The position numbers were made by a program, and so were the translations under genes. DNA of 64,000 nt from an uncultured Acidimicrobiia bacterium (GTDB lineage Bacteria; Actinomycetota; Acidimicrobiia; Acidimicrobiales; AC-14): NCBI GenBank assembly GCA_963836205.1, contig CAWIIV010000006.1, positions 1 to 64,000 of the forward strand. Direction: 5' to 3'. This document shows, piece after piece, positions 1 to 9,490 of this stretch; positions within the stretch are counted from its first letter, which is position 1; the number at the start of each line of letters is the position of its first letter. The notes beneath the pieces were generated by a model that was not told the DNA's origin, did no database searches, and saw only the letters and a program-made list of their open reading frames with translations.

Positions 1-273
1 GGTGTGTCCCCGGGCGGCATCGCCGCGAGGCCGCTCCGACTACGAGGTCGACCGCTCATTTGCCTGGGCAACGAGGCCGATCAACCCCTCCGCATCAAGT
101 ACAAGCGGATATCCGGCCGCTGGCCACCGACCGGCACCCTCGACGATCTCCGCTTGAGCGTCGACCAAGCATGTCGCCCGAGGTGGCCAAGGGGCTCCAG
201 GGCGGCCCTGACCGAACTGGAGTCCCTAGTGACGCAGCCGCCCCCGGGCGAAGGACCGACCTCGGCGCTGAGC

Positions 274-2580
274 TCAGTCCCCCAAGTGTGCTCGCAGCCG
301 ATCGGAGAGCTCAACTACAGCAGAGGCGAGCAGGTCGACCTTCTGGCGCAACACTGGCCCGTCGGCGACGCTCCTTTGACGCGCAATCGTCGCCAGGAGC
401 CCAGGTACCCCGTCTGCGGCCACGCCGTCGTTTCCCCCGTCGAGATAGCCCTTTGTATAGCGCTTGACGATTGCCAGCACGGGTTCCGCTTGTGACTGCG
501 CGTTCTTGGCCTCTCGCAGCTCCTCTTGGCTCGCGCTCTTGGGCAAGTCGCGGGCCGCTACTAACCTGCGGTCCAAACCTTCGAGGATCCAGTTGGCGCA
601 CCACAACTCCGCCAGAACGAGACCAGGAAAACCTATTAGCGGCCACTTGTTGACGTCCCAGAGCAGGGAAGCAAAATGCGACCCTTCCGTCTCGGCGTCC
701 CATTGGAACAGCTCGCCGCCGGCCTTCCAGAGGTCTCGGTCTCGGTCGCGTTCGCTTGGGCATCCCCGCCAGAGGCGTCCCAGCATGCGCTGCCTGCCGA
801 TGCCCGCCCGCGTCAGCGCAACGCTGTTGGGAACATTGGTCACGACCGGTTCGGACACGCTCCGGAGATCATCCGGCCACCACGTCTGGCACTCTAGGGC
901 ATCATTCGCTCGATATTTCATTCGCATGAATGTGCTCGTCTGCGGCGTGCGGCCGAACCCAATGTAGTGCTGCTCGAACTCAGTCCTTACGTCATAGTCC
1001 CTCGTTCGATTGATCGGGATTCGGGAGTTCGCCACGACCGGAAGCTGATCTCGGTACCACGCGAAGCTCTCCCACATTTTCTCGGCGGGCAATGCCAATT
1101 GAATGGCGACGAAATTCAGAATGCATTCAGCCGAGTAATGCAGGTTCTCACCGGAAAGCAATTCCAGTAGCACGCGAAAATGAAATGGATGTTCAACAGT
1201 AAACACAAATTCAGTTGGATCAGCGGCGGTCTTCGCTGGCGTTGGCGGTGACACTAAAGTCGATAGGCCATTTCGATAGAGAGTGACGGAATCCGTATCC
1301 CGCGGTTGCTGGCCACCTCCAGTGATACGGAACAATTCGACGGCGTCGAGCGTGAACGGGGATTCAAGGTCACGAAGAACTCCGATGTGATAGTCAAGGA
1401 ACAGTGCGCCACCTAGCGTTGACACAGAGGTAAGGCGTTCATCAGGCTCCGGTGGATTGTCCCCTGAGATGAACCGCGTTGTTTGAAGTGCCGTTGGCGC
1501 CACTGAGATAGCTTGGAGTCGATCGAACCGGTCTATGGCGGCTAGGCCCTCCTTCATCAACGGCGGCCATGTGGACCCCTGGGTAGTCGCGCTCAGGGCG
1601 ATCTTCCGAAGGGTGGACGACAGGACCTCGATCTCGACCGATGTTCGCTTCGCTGCGTCGCGCCCCAGAGCGCGGACGAAGGCGAGGCGCAACGCCGTCT
1701 GCCTGAACGATGCGGCGTCACGGGCCTCGACAATGCCGGCTTCTGCGACGCGCCTGTCAGCTTCACCCAGCACTTCGGAGAGCTGGGTCAGAACTCGAGA
1801 CATGGATCTCGTAGAAACACCTTCGAGATGTAGCTTCGGCTTCCAGCTAATGATCCTTGCGGGTCTGAGGCCAGAACCCCGTTGGCCAAGCCACTCGTCC
1901 GGTACACGTGGAAACCCTGCCGATGCCTGGAGTGCGTCAGCCTCCCCACCGAAGAACTGAAGATAGCGGGTCGCAAGCAACGCAACCGCCGGGTCTGGGA
2001 GGACGTCGGTTATCGGAACCGGCAGCTTAGCGAGCAACTGTCCGGCATCGTGCGTAGGTCGCCGAGCAGCAGTGCCGGCTTCAAGGTCGATCTGCCTCGC
2101 ACTTTCTAATGTGACTAGACCTCGGGCAGCCTGCCCACTGTGGCAATTTCGGACGGCACGAACGATAGAGCTAGCCACTCTCTTCGGATCACCGGCATCC
2201 AGGTTGTACTTGGCTATTCGCATCCGTCGGACATCGAATGGCAGCCGTTCCGAGGCCTTCCTGTCGCAGATCAATCCGACCCGCTTGTTGGCATCGGCGA
2301 GAGCGACGCCAAGTTCAATATAGACGTTCACATTCCAGTTTGTGATGTCCACGAGCACGAACTCGGCGTCGCGTATAAACGACCAAATGTGAGCATCGTG
2401 CAGAGGTCTTCCGAGATTGCCTACGACATGGTCAGCCTTCACAGGGAAGTAGTCGGAGTCGATCTCTTCGATCGCAGTTGCGACGATGTCGAAGAAGTTC
2501 CACGGTTCGGTGACGAACTGCATCACGACGAACGCGATCTTCTTGTCAGCAGGGATGCGTTCGTATTTTTCTTCGGGCAT
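274..2580 (-). CDS. Large protein (~768 aa) with an N-terminal nucleoside 2-deoxyribosyltransferase-like (NDT/TIR-like Rossmannoid) domain and an unrecognised C-terminal region
   Basis: ATG at 2580 preceded by GGAGG. N-terminal motifs AFVVMQF ... IRDAEFVLVDITNWNVNVYIELGVALA ... LPFDV match NDT-like domains. The region is visibly AT-richer than the rest of the window. Confidence 0.7.
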   Translation of the reverse strand: MPEEKYERIPADKKIAFVVMQFVTEPWNFFDIVATAIEEIDSDYFPVKADHVVGNLGRPLHDAHIWSFIRDAEFVLVDITNWNVNVYIELGVALADANKRVGLICDRKASERLPFDVRRMRIAKYNLDAGDPKRVASSIVRAVRNCHSGQAARGLVTLESARQIDLEAGTAARRPTHDAGQLLAKLPVPITDVLPDPAVALLATRYLQFFGGEADALQASAGFPRVPDEWLGQRGSGLRPARIISWKPKLHLEGVSTRSMSRVLTQLSEVLGEADRRVAEAGIVEARDAASFRQTALRLAFVRALGRDAAKRTSVEIEVLSSTLRKIALSATTQGSTWPPLMKEGLAAIDRFDRLQAISVAPTALQTTRFISGDNPPEPDERLTSVSTLGGALFLDYHIGVLRDLESPFTLDAVELFRITGGGQQPRDTDSVTLYRNGLSTLVSPPTPAKTAADPTEFVFTVEHPFHFRVLLELLSGENLHYSAECILNFVAIQLALPAEKMWESFAWYRDQLPVVANSRIPINRTRDYDVRTEFEQHYIGFGRTPQTSTFMRMKYRANDALECQTWWPDDLRSVSEPVVTNVPNSVALTRAGIGRQRMLGRLWRGCPSERDRDRDLWKAGGELFQWDAETEGSHFASLLWDVNKWPLIGFPGLVLAELWCANWILEGLDRRLVAARDLPKSASQEELREAKNAQSQAEPVLAIVKRYTKGYLDGGNDGVAADGVPGLLATIARQRSVADGPVLRQKVDLLASAVVELSDRLRAHLGD

Positions 2581-2609
2581 GGGATCCTCCGCCGTAGGGA
2601 CCGAAGCTG

Positions 2610-3620
2610 TTAGCCAACATCTAGTCGAGCGAGGGCAGCGAGTAAAGGGCCCTCGACCTCGTGGCGGATCGCGGCGTTCGCGTAGCCGATCCAACTGCAG
2701 TTCGTTCGGTTGTCGAGCGGCTGGTCGAGGGGCCCGCCGCGGACGTTCGTGAGCTCGACTCCCAACTCGGTGGCGATCAGGCCGGCGGCGAGGTCGTAGG
2801 GATGGGCACACAGGCCGACCGTTCCTTCGCCTCTCGCCGCCAATGCACGGTCGACGTCGGCCCGGATGTCGGCAACGAAGCGGTAACGGCCTGAGGCCAG
2901 GAGGTACATCTGGCCACCGCTGGAGATGTACTGGTCGTTGAAGACCGCCGCCTTCCCCGCCTCCGGTGAACCCAGGATCGACGTGAACACCTCGTCGGCG
3001 ATGGCCAACGTATCCCGCCGGTTCCCCGGGAAGAAGTCGACGAAGACGGCGAACCCGTTCCGAATCGTCCTCGCAGTCGAGGGCCGCAACTCGCCGGGGG
3101 GTCCGGTCACGACGGTGCCCGCGGCCACGTCCCACCAGCGCCGCGTCGCCCCCCCTCCCGCGATCGCGGTGAGCATGGCCGACAACGCCTGCGTGCTTGG
3201 TGGGATCTCGACCTGGACGGCTCCGACGATGTCGGACAAGGTTGCGGTAGCCCCGGCATTCGGCGCAACACCGGCCAGGAACCACGCGCTGCGTTTGTCG
3301 TAGATGAGTTCCCGGGTTCCGTCGATCGGGTCGATGATCACTCGCCACGCGGCAGTTTCGGGATCAGCCGCCGACGGCACGACAGAGCTGCCCTCATCCT
3401 CCGTGACCACCACAATGGGATGAAGGTGGGTCGAGGCGGCGATGAAGTCCCGGACGAGGGCCTCCGCCTTGACGTCGACGGCATAGGCCACATCGCCGGC
3501 CTCGGGACGAATCGCCATCGGCGACGTGTCCTCGCGCAACTGACGTGACTCCAGCACTCGATCCCGGACCTGGCCGCCGAGGACCAGGAGCTCGTCGACC
3601 AACGCCGGCAGTTCGACCAA
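2610..3620 (-). CDS. Inositol monophosphatase/FIG-superfamily phosphatase
   Basis: Metal-binding motif TEDEG...IIDPIDGT and C-terminal CAHPYDLA; TTG start with GAGGAG upstream. Confidence 0.8.
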   Translation of the reverse strand: MVELPALVDELLVLGGQVRDRVLESRQLREDTSPMAIRPEAGDVAYAVDVKAEALVRDFIAASTHLHPIVVVTEDEGSSVVPSAADPETAAWRVIIDPIDGTRELIYDKRSAWFLAGVAPNAGATATLSDIVGAVQVEIPPSTQALSAMLTAIAGGGATRRWWDVAAGTVVTGPPGELRPSTARTIRNGFAVFVDFFPGNRRDTLAIADEVFTSILGSPEAGKAAVFNDQYISSGGQMYLLASGRYRFVADIRADVDRALAARGEGTVGLCAHPYDLAAGLIATELGVELTNVRGGPLDQPLDNRTNCSWIGYANAAIRHEVEGPLLAALARLDVG

Positions 3621-3648
3621 GACCTACGCTCCTCGCTCGGCGTCCCCG

Positions 3649-4038
3649 TCAAGCAGAAGGACTGGCGTGCCAGTCCTCGATGCACAGTCGCTTGAAGTCA
3701 TCGGCGGTCAGCTGTGGCTGCCGGGCGAACTTCACGGTGAGGAGCAGAGCCTCTTCATCGGCTCGGTTCTCGAGGGTGTGATAGGGGCCCGGGTCGAAGA
3801 CGACGAGGTCCCCCGCCCGCAAGACTGCCGTCTGACGCCCGGATGCCGTTTCTTCGATCGCGACGACCTCTCCCTGCATGACATAGGTGGAGTCGTAGAG
3901 AACATCGTGTCGGTGAATACTCTGGTTGTAGCGCGCAGGAATTCTGGTGACGACGACGCGTAGCTGCTCACCCTGATAGATCTCCCGCTCATCACCCTTC
4001 TCGCGCCGCTCCGCGGACTCCTTCGGGATCAGCTTCAT
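3649..4038 (-). CDS. Cupin-domain protein
   Basis: Two-motif cupin pattern HRH...YVMQGE ... GDLVVFDPGPYHTLEN; overlaps the upstream gene by 4 nt. Confidence 0.8.
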   Translation of the reverse strand: MKLIPKESAERREKGDEREIYQGEQLRVVVTRIPARYNQSIHRHDVLYDSTYVMQGEVVAIEETASGRQTAVLRAGDLVVFDPGPYHTLENRADEEALLLTVKFARQPQLTADDFKRLCIEDWHASPSA

Positions 4039-4784
4039 GCCAGCTCGGGCGTCAGGCGGCTAGCAGTTCTCTCCATCAGATTCCGAGCCTCTGCCGGGTC
4101 GTGCCAGCTGACGGAATCGGCCCCCAGCCTGATCGCGGTGTCGATGCAGGCTGGGTGCCAACCATCGACGAAGGTCACCGCCACGCCGGCGGCATGGGCG
4201 ATTTCGATGTCGGACGGCCGGCAGAGATCCCACCGCATGGTGACGAAGTCCGGGAAAACCGTGCTCAGCAGTCCTTCGAGGTCGGTCAGGCGCGCTCCGA
4301 GCGCGGCTCTGGTGAGGAGGTCGGGATTCGACTTCTTGGCATCCCTGATCTCGTGGTGGTCGCGGTTCGACACCACGACCCGGTCCTCGGCCTCGGTCTG
4401 TCGAAGCGCGCTTCCAACCGCCGCATGTACCGATCCCGGCGCACGAAAGCCGCTCTTGACATCCAGGACGAGGAACACGTCGCAGTCTCCGGCCAACAGC
4501 AACAGCTCGTCCAACCGAAAAAGGGGTTGCCCGTCGACGGTCCGAAATGCTCGAAGCTCTGACCACGGAAGCGTGTGCGTCCAGCGGCCGTCAGGAAGGA
4601 CGTAATCGTGGAAGGCGAACGGAACTCCGTCCTCACTGGTTTGGACATCGATCTCGATGAGATCGGCTCCAACGGCAACACCAGCCCGAAGGGCGTCGGC
4701 CAGATTTGCTCCCCCATCTCTGGCTCCTGCGTGCCACTCGACAAGGACTCGACCGGTCCGCGAGCGGAGAAACGACCGCATCAA
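4035..4784 (-). CDS. Glycerophosphodiester phosphodiesterase family protein
   Basis: H(A)G...GADLIEIDVQTSEDGVPFAFHD and LDVK motifs typical of GDPD. Confidence 0.8.
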   Translation of the reverse strand: MMRSFLRSRTGRVLVEWHAGARDGGANLADALRAGVAVGADLIEIDVQTSEDGVPFAFHDYVLPDGRWTHTLPWSELRAFRTVDGQPLFRLDELLLLAGDCDVFLVLDVKSGFRAPGSVHAAVGSALRQTEAEDRVVVSNRDHHEIRDAKKSNPDLLTRAALGARLTDLEGLLSTVFPDFVTMRWDLCRPSDIEIAHAAGVAVTFVDGWHPACIDTAIRLGADSVSWHDPAEARNLMERTASRLTPELA

Positions 4785-4891
4785 TCGAGGCTACCAGCAT
4801 GGTCGCGTCCGCCCGCTCGAGCCGACGGCGCCCGCGTGATCGAGGTGGTCCCCGTTCTCCGACATGTGCCGTGGGGGCCGCCTGCCGGTCG

Positions 4892-5218
4892 TCACAGGAC
4901 CAGGTCGTCGTCCTCGAAGGGGTCGCCCGAGCGGCCGTAGGGGGCGAAGACGTCGAGGCCGGCCACGGCCAGGGCGTCCTCCAGAACGGCCCGGGTCGTT
5001 GGTGGCAGGGGAAGGTCTGGCGGCACCGGCAGATCGAGCATGCCCGCGGCGACAACCAGCAGCTGGTCGTAGCGGAGCTGCTCCGAGTGGTGGACGTGGC
5101 CCTTGCCGGGCCAGTCGGGGGCGTTGGCGAAGGCGTCCAGCCGCCGCCGGCGGACCCGCAGCTCGAACGCCAGCCGCCGGAGCCGCACCGGACCCCGTCT
5201 CGCCTCGTCGCCAGCCAT
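4892..5218 (-). CDS. Hypothetical protein (~108 aa)
   Basis: ATG directly after the DUF445 gene, GC3-biased frame, acidic C-terminus. Confidence 0.55.
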   Translation of the reverse strand: MAGDEARRGPVRLRRLAFELRVRRRRLDAFANAPDWPGKGHVHHSEQLRYDQLLVVAAGMLDLPVPPDLPLPPTTRAVLEDALAVAGLDVFAPYGRSGDPFEDDDLVL

Positions 5219-5226
5219 GGCGAACG

Positions 5227-6555
5227 CTAACCGAGGAGATCGGCCAGCGCGTGGAGCAACAGGCCGGCCCCCGCGCCGACGACGGTTCCGTTGATGCGGA
5301 CGTACTGGAGGTCGGGGCCCAGGAGCAGCTCCAGCCGCGACGCCGTCTCCTCCGCGTCCCAGCGGGCGATGGTGGTACCCACCAGCCCCGCGATCTCGCC
5401 CCGGAAGTGCTCGACCACGTAGGACACGAGGGTCTCCAGGATCGCCTCGGCCCGGGCGGCCAGCGTGGGGTCGGCCTGCAACGTGCGGCCGGCGCCGACG
5501 ATGCCCTCGGCCAGGCGCAACCTGAGCCTCGAATCCGGATCGGCCGCCTCCGCCCGCAGCTGGTCCTTGGCGTCGGCCCACAGATCGGCCACCCACCGTT
5601 GCAGCTCCGGCTGGTCGAGGAGGTCACGCTTGATCCGCTCCCCCCGTTCCCGCAGCTCGGGCGACGTCTCCAGGGCCTTGGCCAGCTTCGCCAGCCGCAG
5701 GTCGAGCTCCCGGCGCAGCTCGTGGTGGGGGTTGCCCTCCATCTCGGCCAACATCCCGCAGAACCCGTCCAGGACCCGTTCGAACAGCTTGTTGTCGACC
5801 GCGCCCGGGATCCACCAGCGCGACGACTTGCCCAGCTGGGCCCGCAGGTCGTTGCGGTGGTCCTCGATGTAGCGCCGGAGGGCGCCCAGGGCCCGGTCGA
5901 GCACCTGGTCGTGACGGCCCTGGCGGGTGGCGAAGCGCAGGGCGTGGCCGGCGAGGGGCGCCAGCGGCACCTGCTCCACCCGGTTGCGGACCACGCCCTC
6001 GATGGCCTGGTGGACGTCGTCGTCGCGCAGCATGTCGGCCACCGCCACCACTGCGTCGGCCGCGTCGGCCGCCAACCGGGCCGCGTTGGCCGGCTCCGAC
6101 AACCAGTCCGCCAGCCGCCCGACCACGCCTGCCCCCCGCAACCGGGCAACGATGGCGTCGGCGGTGAGGAAGCTCTCCTGGATGAACTCGCCCAGGGTGG
6201 CCGCGAACTGGTCCTTGCGCTCCACCACGATCGCGGTGTGGGGGATGGGCAACCCCAGCGGCCGCCGGAACAGGGCGGTGACCGCGAACCAGTCGGCGAG
6301 GCCACCGACCATCGATGCCGCCGCGGTGGCCTGGAGGTAGTCGGCCCACGTGGAGTCGCCGCCCCACACGCCGACCACCACGAACACGACGCTGACCGCG
6401 GCCAGCAGCGATGTCGCCCGCCGCTTCGACACCGTCAGCTGCCGGCGCCGCTCCTCCTCCGACCGCAGCGCGGGCCGAGGCAACGATGACGGCGGCGGCG
6501 GCGGCGGCGGCGGCGGCGACGGCGGCGACGGCGGCGGCTGGTCGGTCACGGCCAC
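5227..6555 (-). CDS. DUF445 family membrane protein
   Basis: MVGGLADWFAVTALFRRPLGLPIPHTAI and DLQYVRINGTVVG signatures. Confidence 0.9.
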   Translation of the reverse strand: MAVTDQPPPSPPSPPPPPPPPPSSLPRPALRSEEERRRQLTVSKRRATSLLAAVSVVFVVVGVWGGDSTWADYLQATAAASMVGGLADWFAVTALFRRPLGLPIPHTAIVVERKDQFAATLGEFIQESFLTADAIVARLRGAGVVGRLADWLSEPANAARLAADAADAVVAVADMLRDDDVHQAIEGVVRNRVEQVPLAPLAGHALRFATRQGRHDQVLDRALGALRRYIEDHRNDLRAQLGKSSRWWIPGAVDNKLFERVLDGFCGMLAEMEGNPHHELRRELDLRLAKLAKALETSPELRERGERIKRDLLDQPELQRWVADLWADAKDQLRAEAADPDSRLRLRLAEGIVGAGRTLQADPTLAARAEAILETLVSYVVEHFRGEIAGLVGTTIARWDAEETASRLELLLGPDLQYVRINGTVVGAGAGLLLHALADLLG

Positions 6556-6596
6556 GTTCTACCCCGCCCCCCGTTCTACGCGAAGCTTCGGCGGGC

Positions 6597-8195
6597 ATGG
6601 ACATCGTCCAGGGGTTCGGGCTGGTGGCGGTGGTGCTCACCGTGTCCGCCCTGCTGGCGGGAGTGGTGGAACGGGCGCCCCTGACGTTCCCGATGCTCTT
6701 TCTCGGCCTCGGCTTCATCCTGGCCGACGCCGACCTCCTCCGGGTCGACCCCCACTCCGAGGTGCTCGAGGGCGTCGCCATCTTCACCCTGGCCCTCGTC
6801 CTGTTCCTCGACGCGGTGAACCTGGAGATCGAGGAGGTCCGGGGCGACTGGCTGGTGCCGGCGTTGGCGCTCGGCCCGGGCACGCTCCTCACCATCGGCG
6901 GCATCGCCCTGGCCGCGTCGTGGCTGGTCGGCCTGGAGCTGGTGCCGGCCCTCCTGGTGGGGGCGGTGCTGTCGTCGACCGACCCGGTGGTGCTGCGCGA
7001 CGTCATCCGCGACCGGCGCCTGCCCCGCTCCGTCCGGCGGGCCCTCGGTGTCGAGGCCGGCACCAACGATCTCGTCGTCCTGCCGATCATCCTCGTGCTC
7101 ATCGCGGTCGCCAACCACGAGGCGGGCAGCGCCGCCGGATGGGCCGGTTTCGCGGTCAAGCTCGCCCTCATCGGGCCGGTGGCGGGCGGCGTGGTGGGCG
7201 CCCTCGGCGCGTGGCTGATGACCCGAGCCGACGAGCGCTACGGCATCCGCCGGGAGTACCAGTCCCTCTACGGCATCGGGCTGGTGCTGGCCGCCTTCGC
7301 GGTGGGCGACGCCGTCGGCGGCGACGGGTTCCTCGCCGCCTTCGCCGCCGGGGCCGCCATCACCTTCTTCAACCACCAGCTGTGCAGCTGCTTCCTCGAG
7401 TTCGGCGAGGTGGTGGCCGAGATGGCGATGCTGCTGGCGTTCGTCCTCTTCGGCGCCGTCCTCTGGGACGTGATCGGGCTGGCGCCGAGGCCGGAGGCGC
7501 TCGTGCTGGCCGCCATCGCCGTCCTCCTGGTACGGCCGTTGGTCATGACCGCCCTCCTGCGAATCGAGCACGCCCGCCTCAGCCGGGAGGCCCGCCTGTT
7601 CATCGCCTGGTTCGGGCCTCGGGGGCTCAACTCGCTGCTGTTCGGGCTGCTGGCGTTCGACGCCGGGGTGGGCGACGAGACCACCTTCGCCGTCATCGGG
7701 ACGGTCGTGCTGGTGTCGGTGGTGGTCCACGGGGCCTCGGCCACGCCCGCGGCGTCGTGGTATGCCCGGCGGATGGCGGCCGCCACCCTGGAGGAGGAGC
7801 GGTCGTCCACCGCCAGCGGCCTGTTCACCGACGACGAGGACGACGTGCCCCGGGTGACGGCCGACGAGCTGGCGGCGCGGTTGGCGGACGAGGGCGACGA
7901 GGCCCGCCCGGTCGTGCTCGACGTGCGGTCACGGGCGGGATACCTGCACGACCCGGTCAAGGTGCCGGGGGCGGTCCGGGTGCCGCCCGACCAGGTGGTG
8001 GAGTGGGCCACGGGCGAGAAGCCTCATCACCCGATCGTCCTCTACTGCAATTGACCGAACGAGGCCACGAGCGCCCGTGCGGCGCTCCAGCTGAAGGCCA
8101 AGGGCTTCGACGCCGGCGTCCTCGAGGGGGGCATGGACGGATGGCGGACCGACCACGAGGTGGAGCCGATCGGGCCGATCGACGAGGTCGCCTGA
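6597..8195 (+). CDS. CPA1 (NhaP-like) cation/H+ antiporter fused to a C-terminal rhodanese domain; probable selenoprotein (UGA at 8052-8054 read as Sec)
   Basis: Antiporter motifs LFLDA, STDPV, EAGTND, WFGPRGL. Rhodanese VLDVRS...YCN[UGA]PNEATSARAALQLKAKGFDAGVLEGGMDGW continues in frame past the UGA to TGA at 8193-8195, 3 bp from the convergent cobT stop. Confidence 0.85.
8069..8087 (+). promoter_or_regulatory. Candidate bacterial SECIS hairpin
   Basis: GAGCGCC-CGTGC-GGCGCTC: 7-bp perfect stem with GU in the apical loop; 21 nt separate the in-frame UGA from the loop. Confidence 0.65.
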
Positions 8196-8198
8196 GCG

Positions 8199-9260
8199 CT
8201 ACTTCTCGCTGACCCCGGCGGAGTCGAAGGTGGCCATCTCCCGGAGGACTCGGGCCGCGGCCTCGACCACCGGCAGGGCGAGGCAGGCCCCGCTCCCCTC
8301 GCCCAGGCGCAGGCCGAGGTCGAGGAGCGGTTCGAGGCCGAGGTGATCGAGGACGGCGGACGCCCCCGGTTCCGACGAAAGGTGGCCGGCGATGCAGAAG
8401 GGGAGCACCCCCGGGGTCAGGCGGACCGCCACCAGGAGGGCGGCGTCGGCGATGACCCCGTCGATCACCACCGGGACCCGGGCCGCGGCCCCACCCACGA
8501 CGAACCCGGCCAGGGCCGCGATCTCCATCCCGCCGAGGGCGGCCAGGGTGGCCAGCGGACCGGCGGCGACGGCCTCTCCGTGGCGGGCGAGGGCGGCGTC
8601 GACCACCGCCACCTTGTGGGCGAGGGTGACGTCGTCGATCCCCGTCCCCCGGCCGGTGACCTCGCTCGGCGCCCTCCCGGTGAGCGCGGCGATGAGGGCA
8701 GCCGCGGGGGTGGTGTTGCCGATGCCCATCTCCCCCGTGACCAGGCACTTCGCACCCCCCGCCACCAGGTCGGCCGCCACCTCGGCGCCCACGTCGAGGG
8801 CGGCCCGGGCCTCGTCGACGGACATGGCCGACTCGACGGTGAAGTCGGCCGTGCCCGGGCGCACCTTGCGCCGCAGCAGTCCCGGGGACTCGTCGAGGAC
8901 GCTCGCCACCCCGACGTCGACGACAACCACCTGGGCGCCCGTCTGGCGGGCGATGACGTTGATGGCGGCCCCCCCGGCGCAGAAGTTGGCCACCATCTGG
9001 GCCGTCACCTCCTGCGGCCACGGCGACACGCCCTGGGCCAACACCCCGTGGTCGCCGGCGAACACCGCCACTGCGGCCGGGGAGGGCAGGGGCGGAGGGC
9101 AGACGCCGGCGATGCCCGCCAGCCGGATGCCGAGGTCCTCCAACCGCCCGAGTGCGCCCCGGGGCTTGGTCAGCCGGTCGTGGAGGACGGTGGCCTCCAC
9201 CAGGGCCTCGGTGGCGAGGGGTCCGATATTGGCCACCGCCGCGTCGAACAGGCTGGTCAC
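8199..9260 (-). CDS. cobT: Nicotinate-nucleotide--dimethylbenzimidazole phosphoribosyltransferase
   Basis: LTKPRGALGRLE, FAGDHGV, GEMGIGNTT, LRLGEGSGA, EMATF motifs. Confidence 0.95.
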   Translation of the reverse strand: MTSLFDAAVANIGPLATEALVEATVLHDRLTKPRGALGRLEDLGIRLAGIAGVCPPPLPSPAAVAVFAGDHGVLAQGVSPWPQEVTAQMVANFCAGGAAINVIARQTGAQVVVVDVGVASVLDESPGLLRRKVRPGTADFTVESAMSVDEARAALDVGAEVAADLVAGGAKCLVTGEMGIGNTTPAAALIAALTGRAPSEVTGRGTGIDDVTLAHKVAVVDAALARHGEAVAAGPLATLAALGGMEIAALAGFVVGGAAARVPVVIDGVIADAALLVAVRLTPGVLPFCIAGHLSSEPGASAVLDHLGLEPLLDLGLRLGEGSGACLALPVVEAAARVLREMATFDSAGVSEK

Positions 9261-9274
9261 CCGCTCACCCTCTC

Positions 9275-9490
9275 ACGGCGCACAGGCGGCCACGAAGTCG
9301 GCCACGAAGTCGGCCACGATAGACCAGTCCGCCGCGTCTGCTCCCGGGCCCCGGCCCGGGCGGCGGCCGAGGCGGCCACGTTGCCCACGATCGAACGGGT
9401 CCGCCGCGCCTGCTCACCCACACCCGGCCCCTGCCCGGGCGGCGGCGCAGGCGGCCACGAAGTTGGCCACGATCGACGGGTCGCCGCCCG
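9275..9490. repeat. Degenerate tandem triplication (~70-75 bp unit) of the 3' end of cbiA
   Basis: The motif aggcggccacg...ccacgat..a....gt(c)cgccgc occurs near 9283, 9370 and 9449. Confidence 0.65.

Noticed and set aside
1-270. Possible island boundary, tRNA or att site at the left edge
   Set aside because: I could not recognise a tRNA fold, direct repeat or integrase.
2581-3348. N-terminal extension of the 1024-aa ORF
   Set aside because: It overlaps the IMPase gene in another frame and is Arg-rich shadow sequence; the RBS-supported start is at 2580.
6490-6538. GGC trinucleotide run
   Set aside because: It encodes the poly-Pro N-terminus of the DUF445 protein; simple low-complexity coding sequence.
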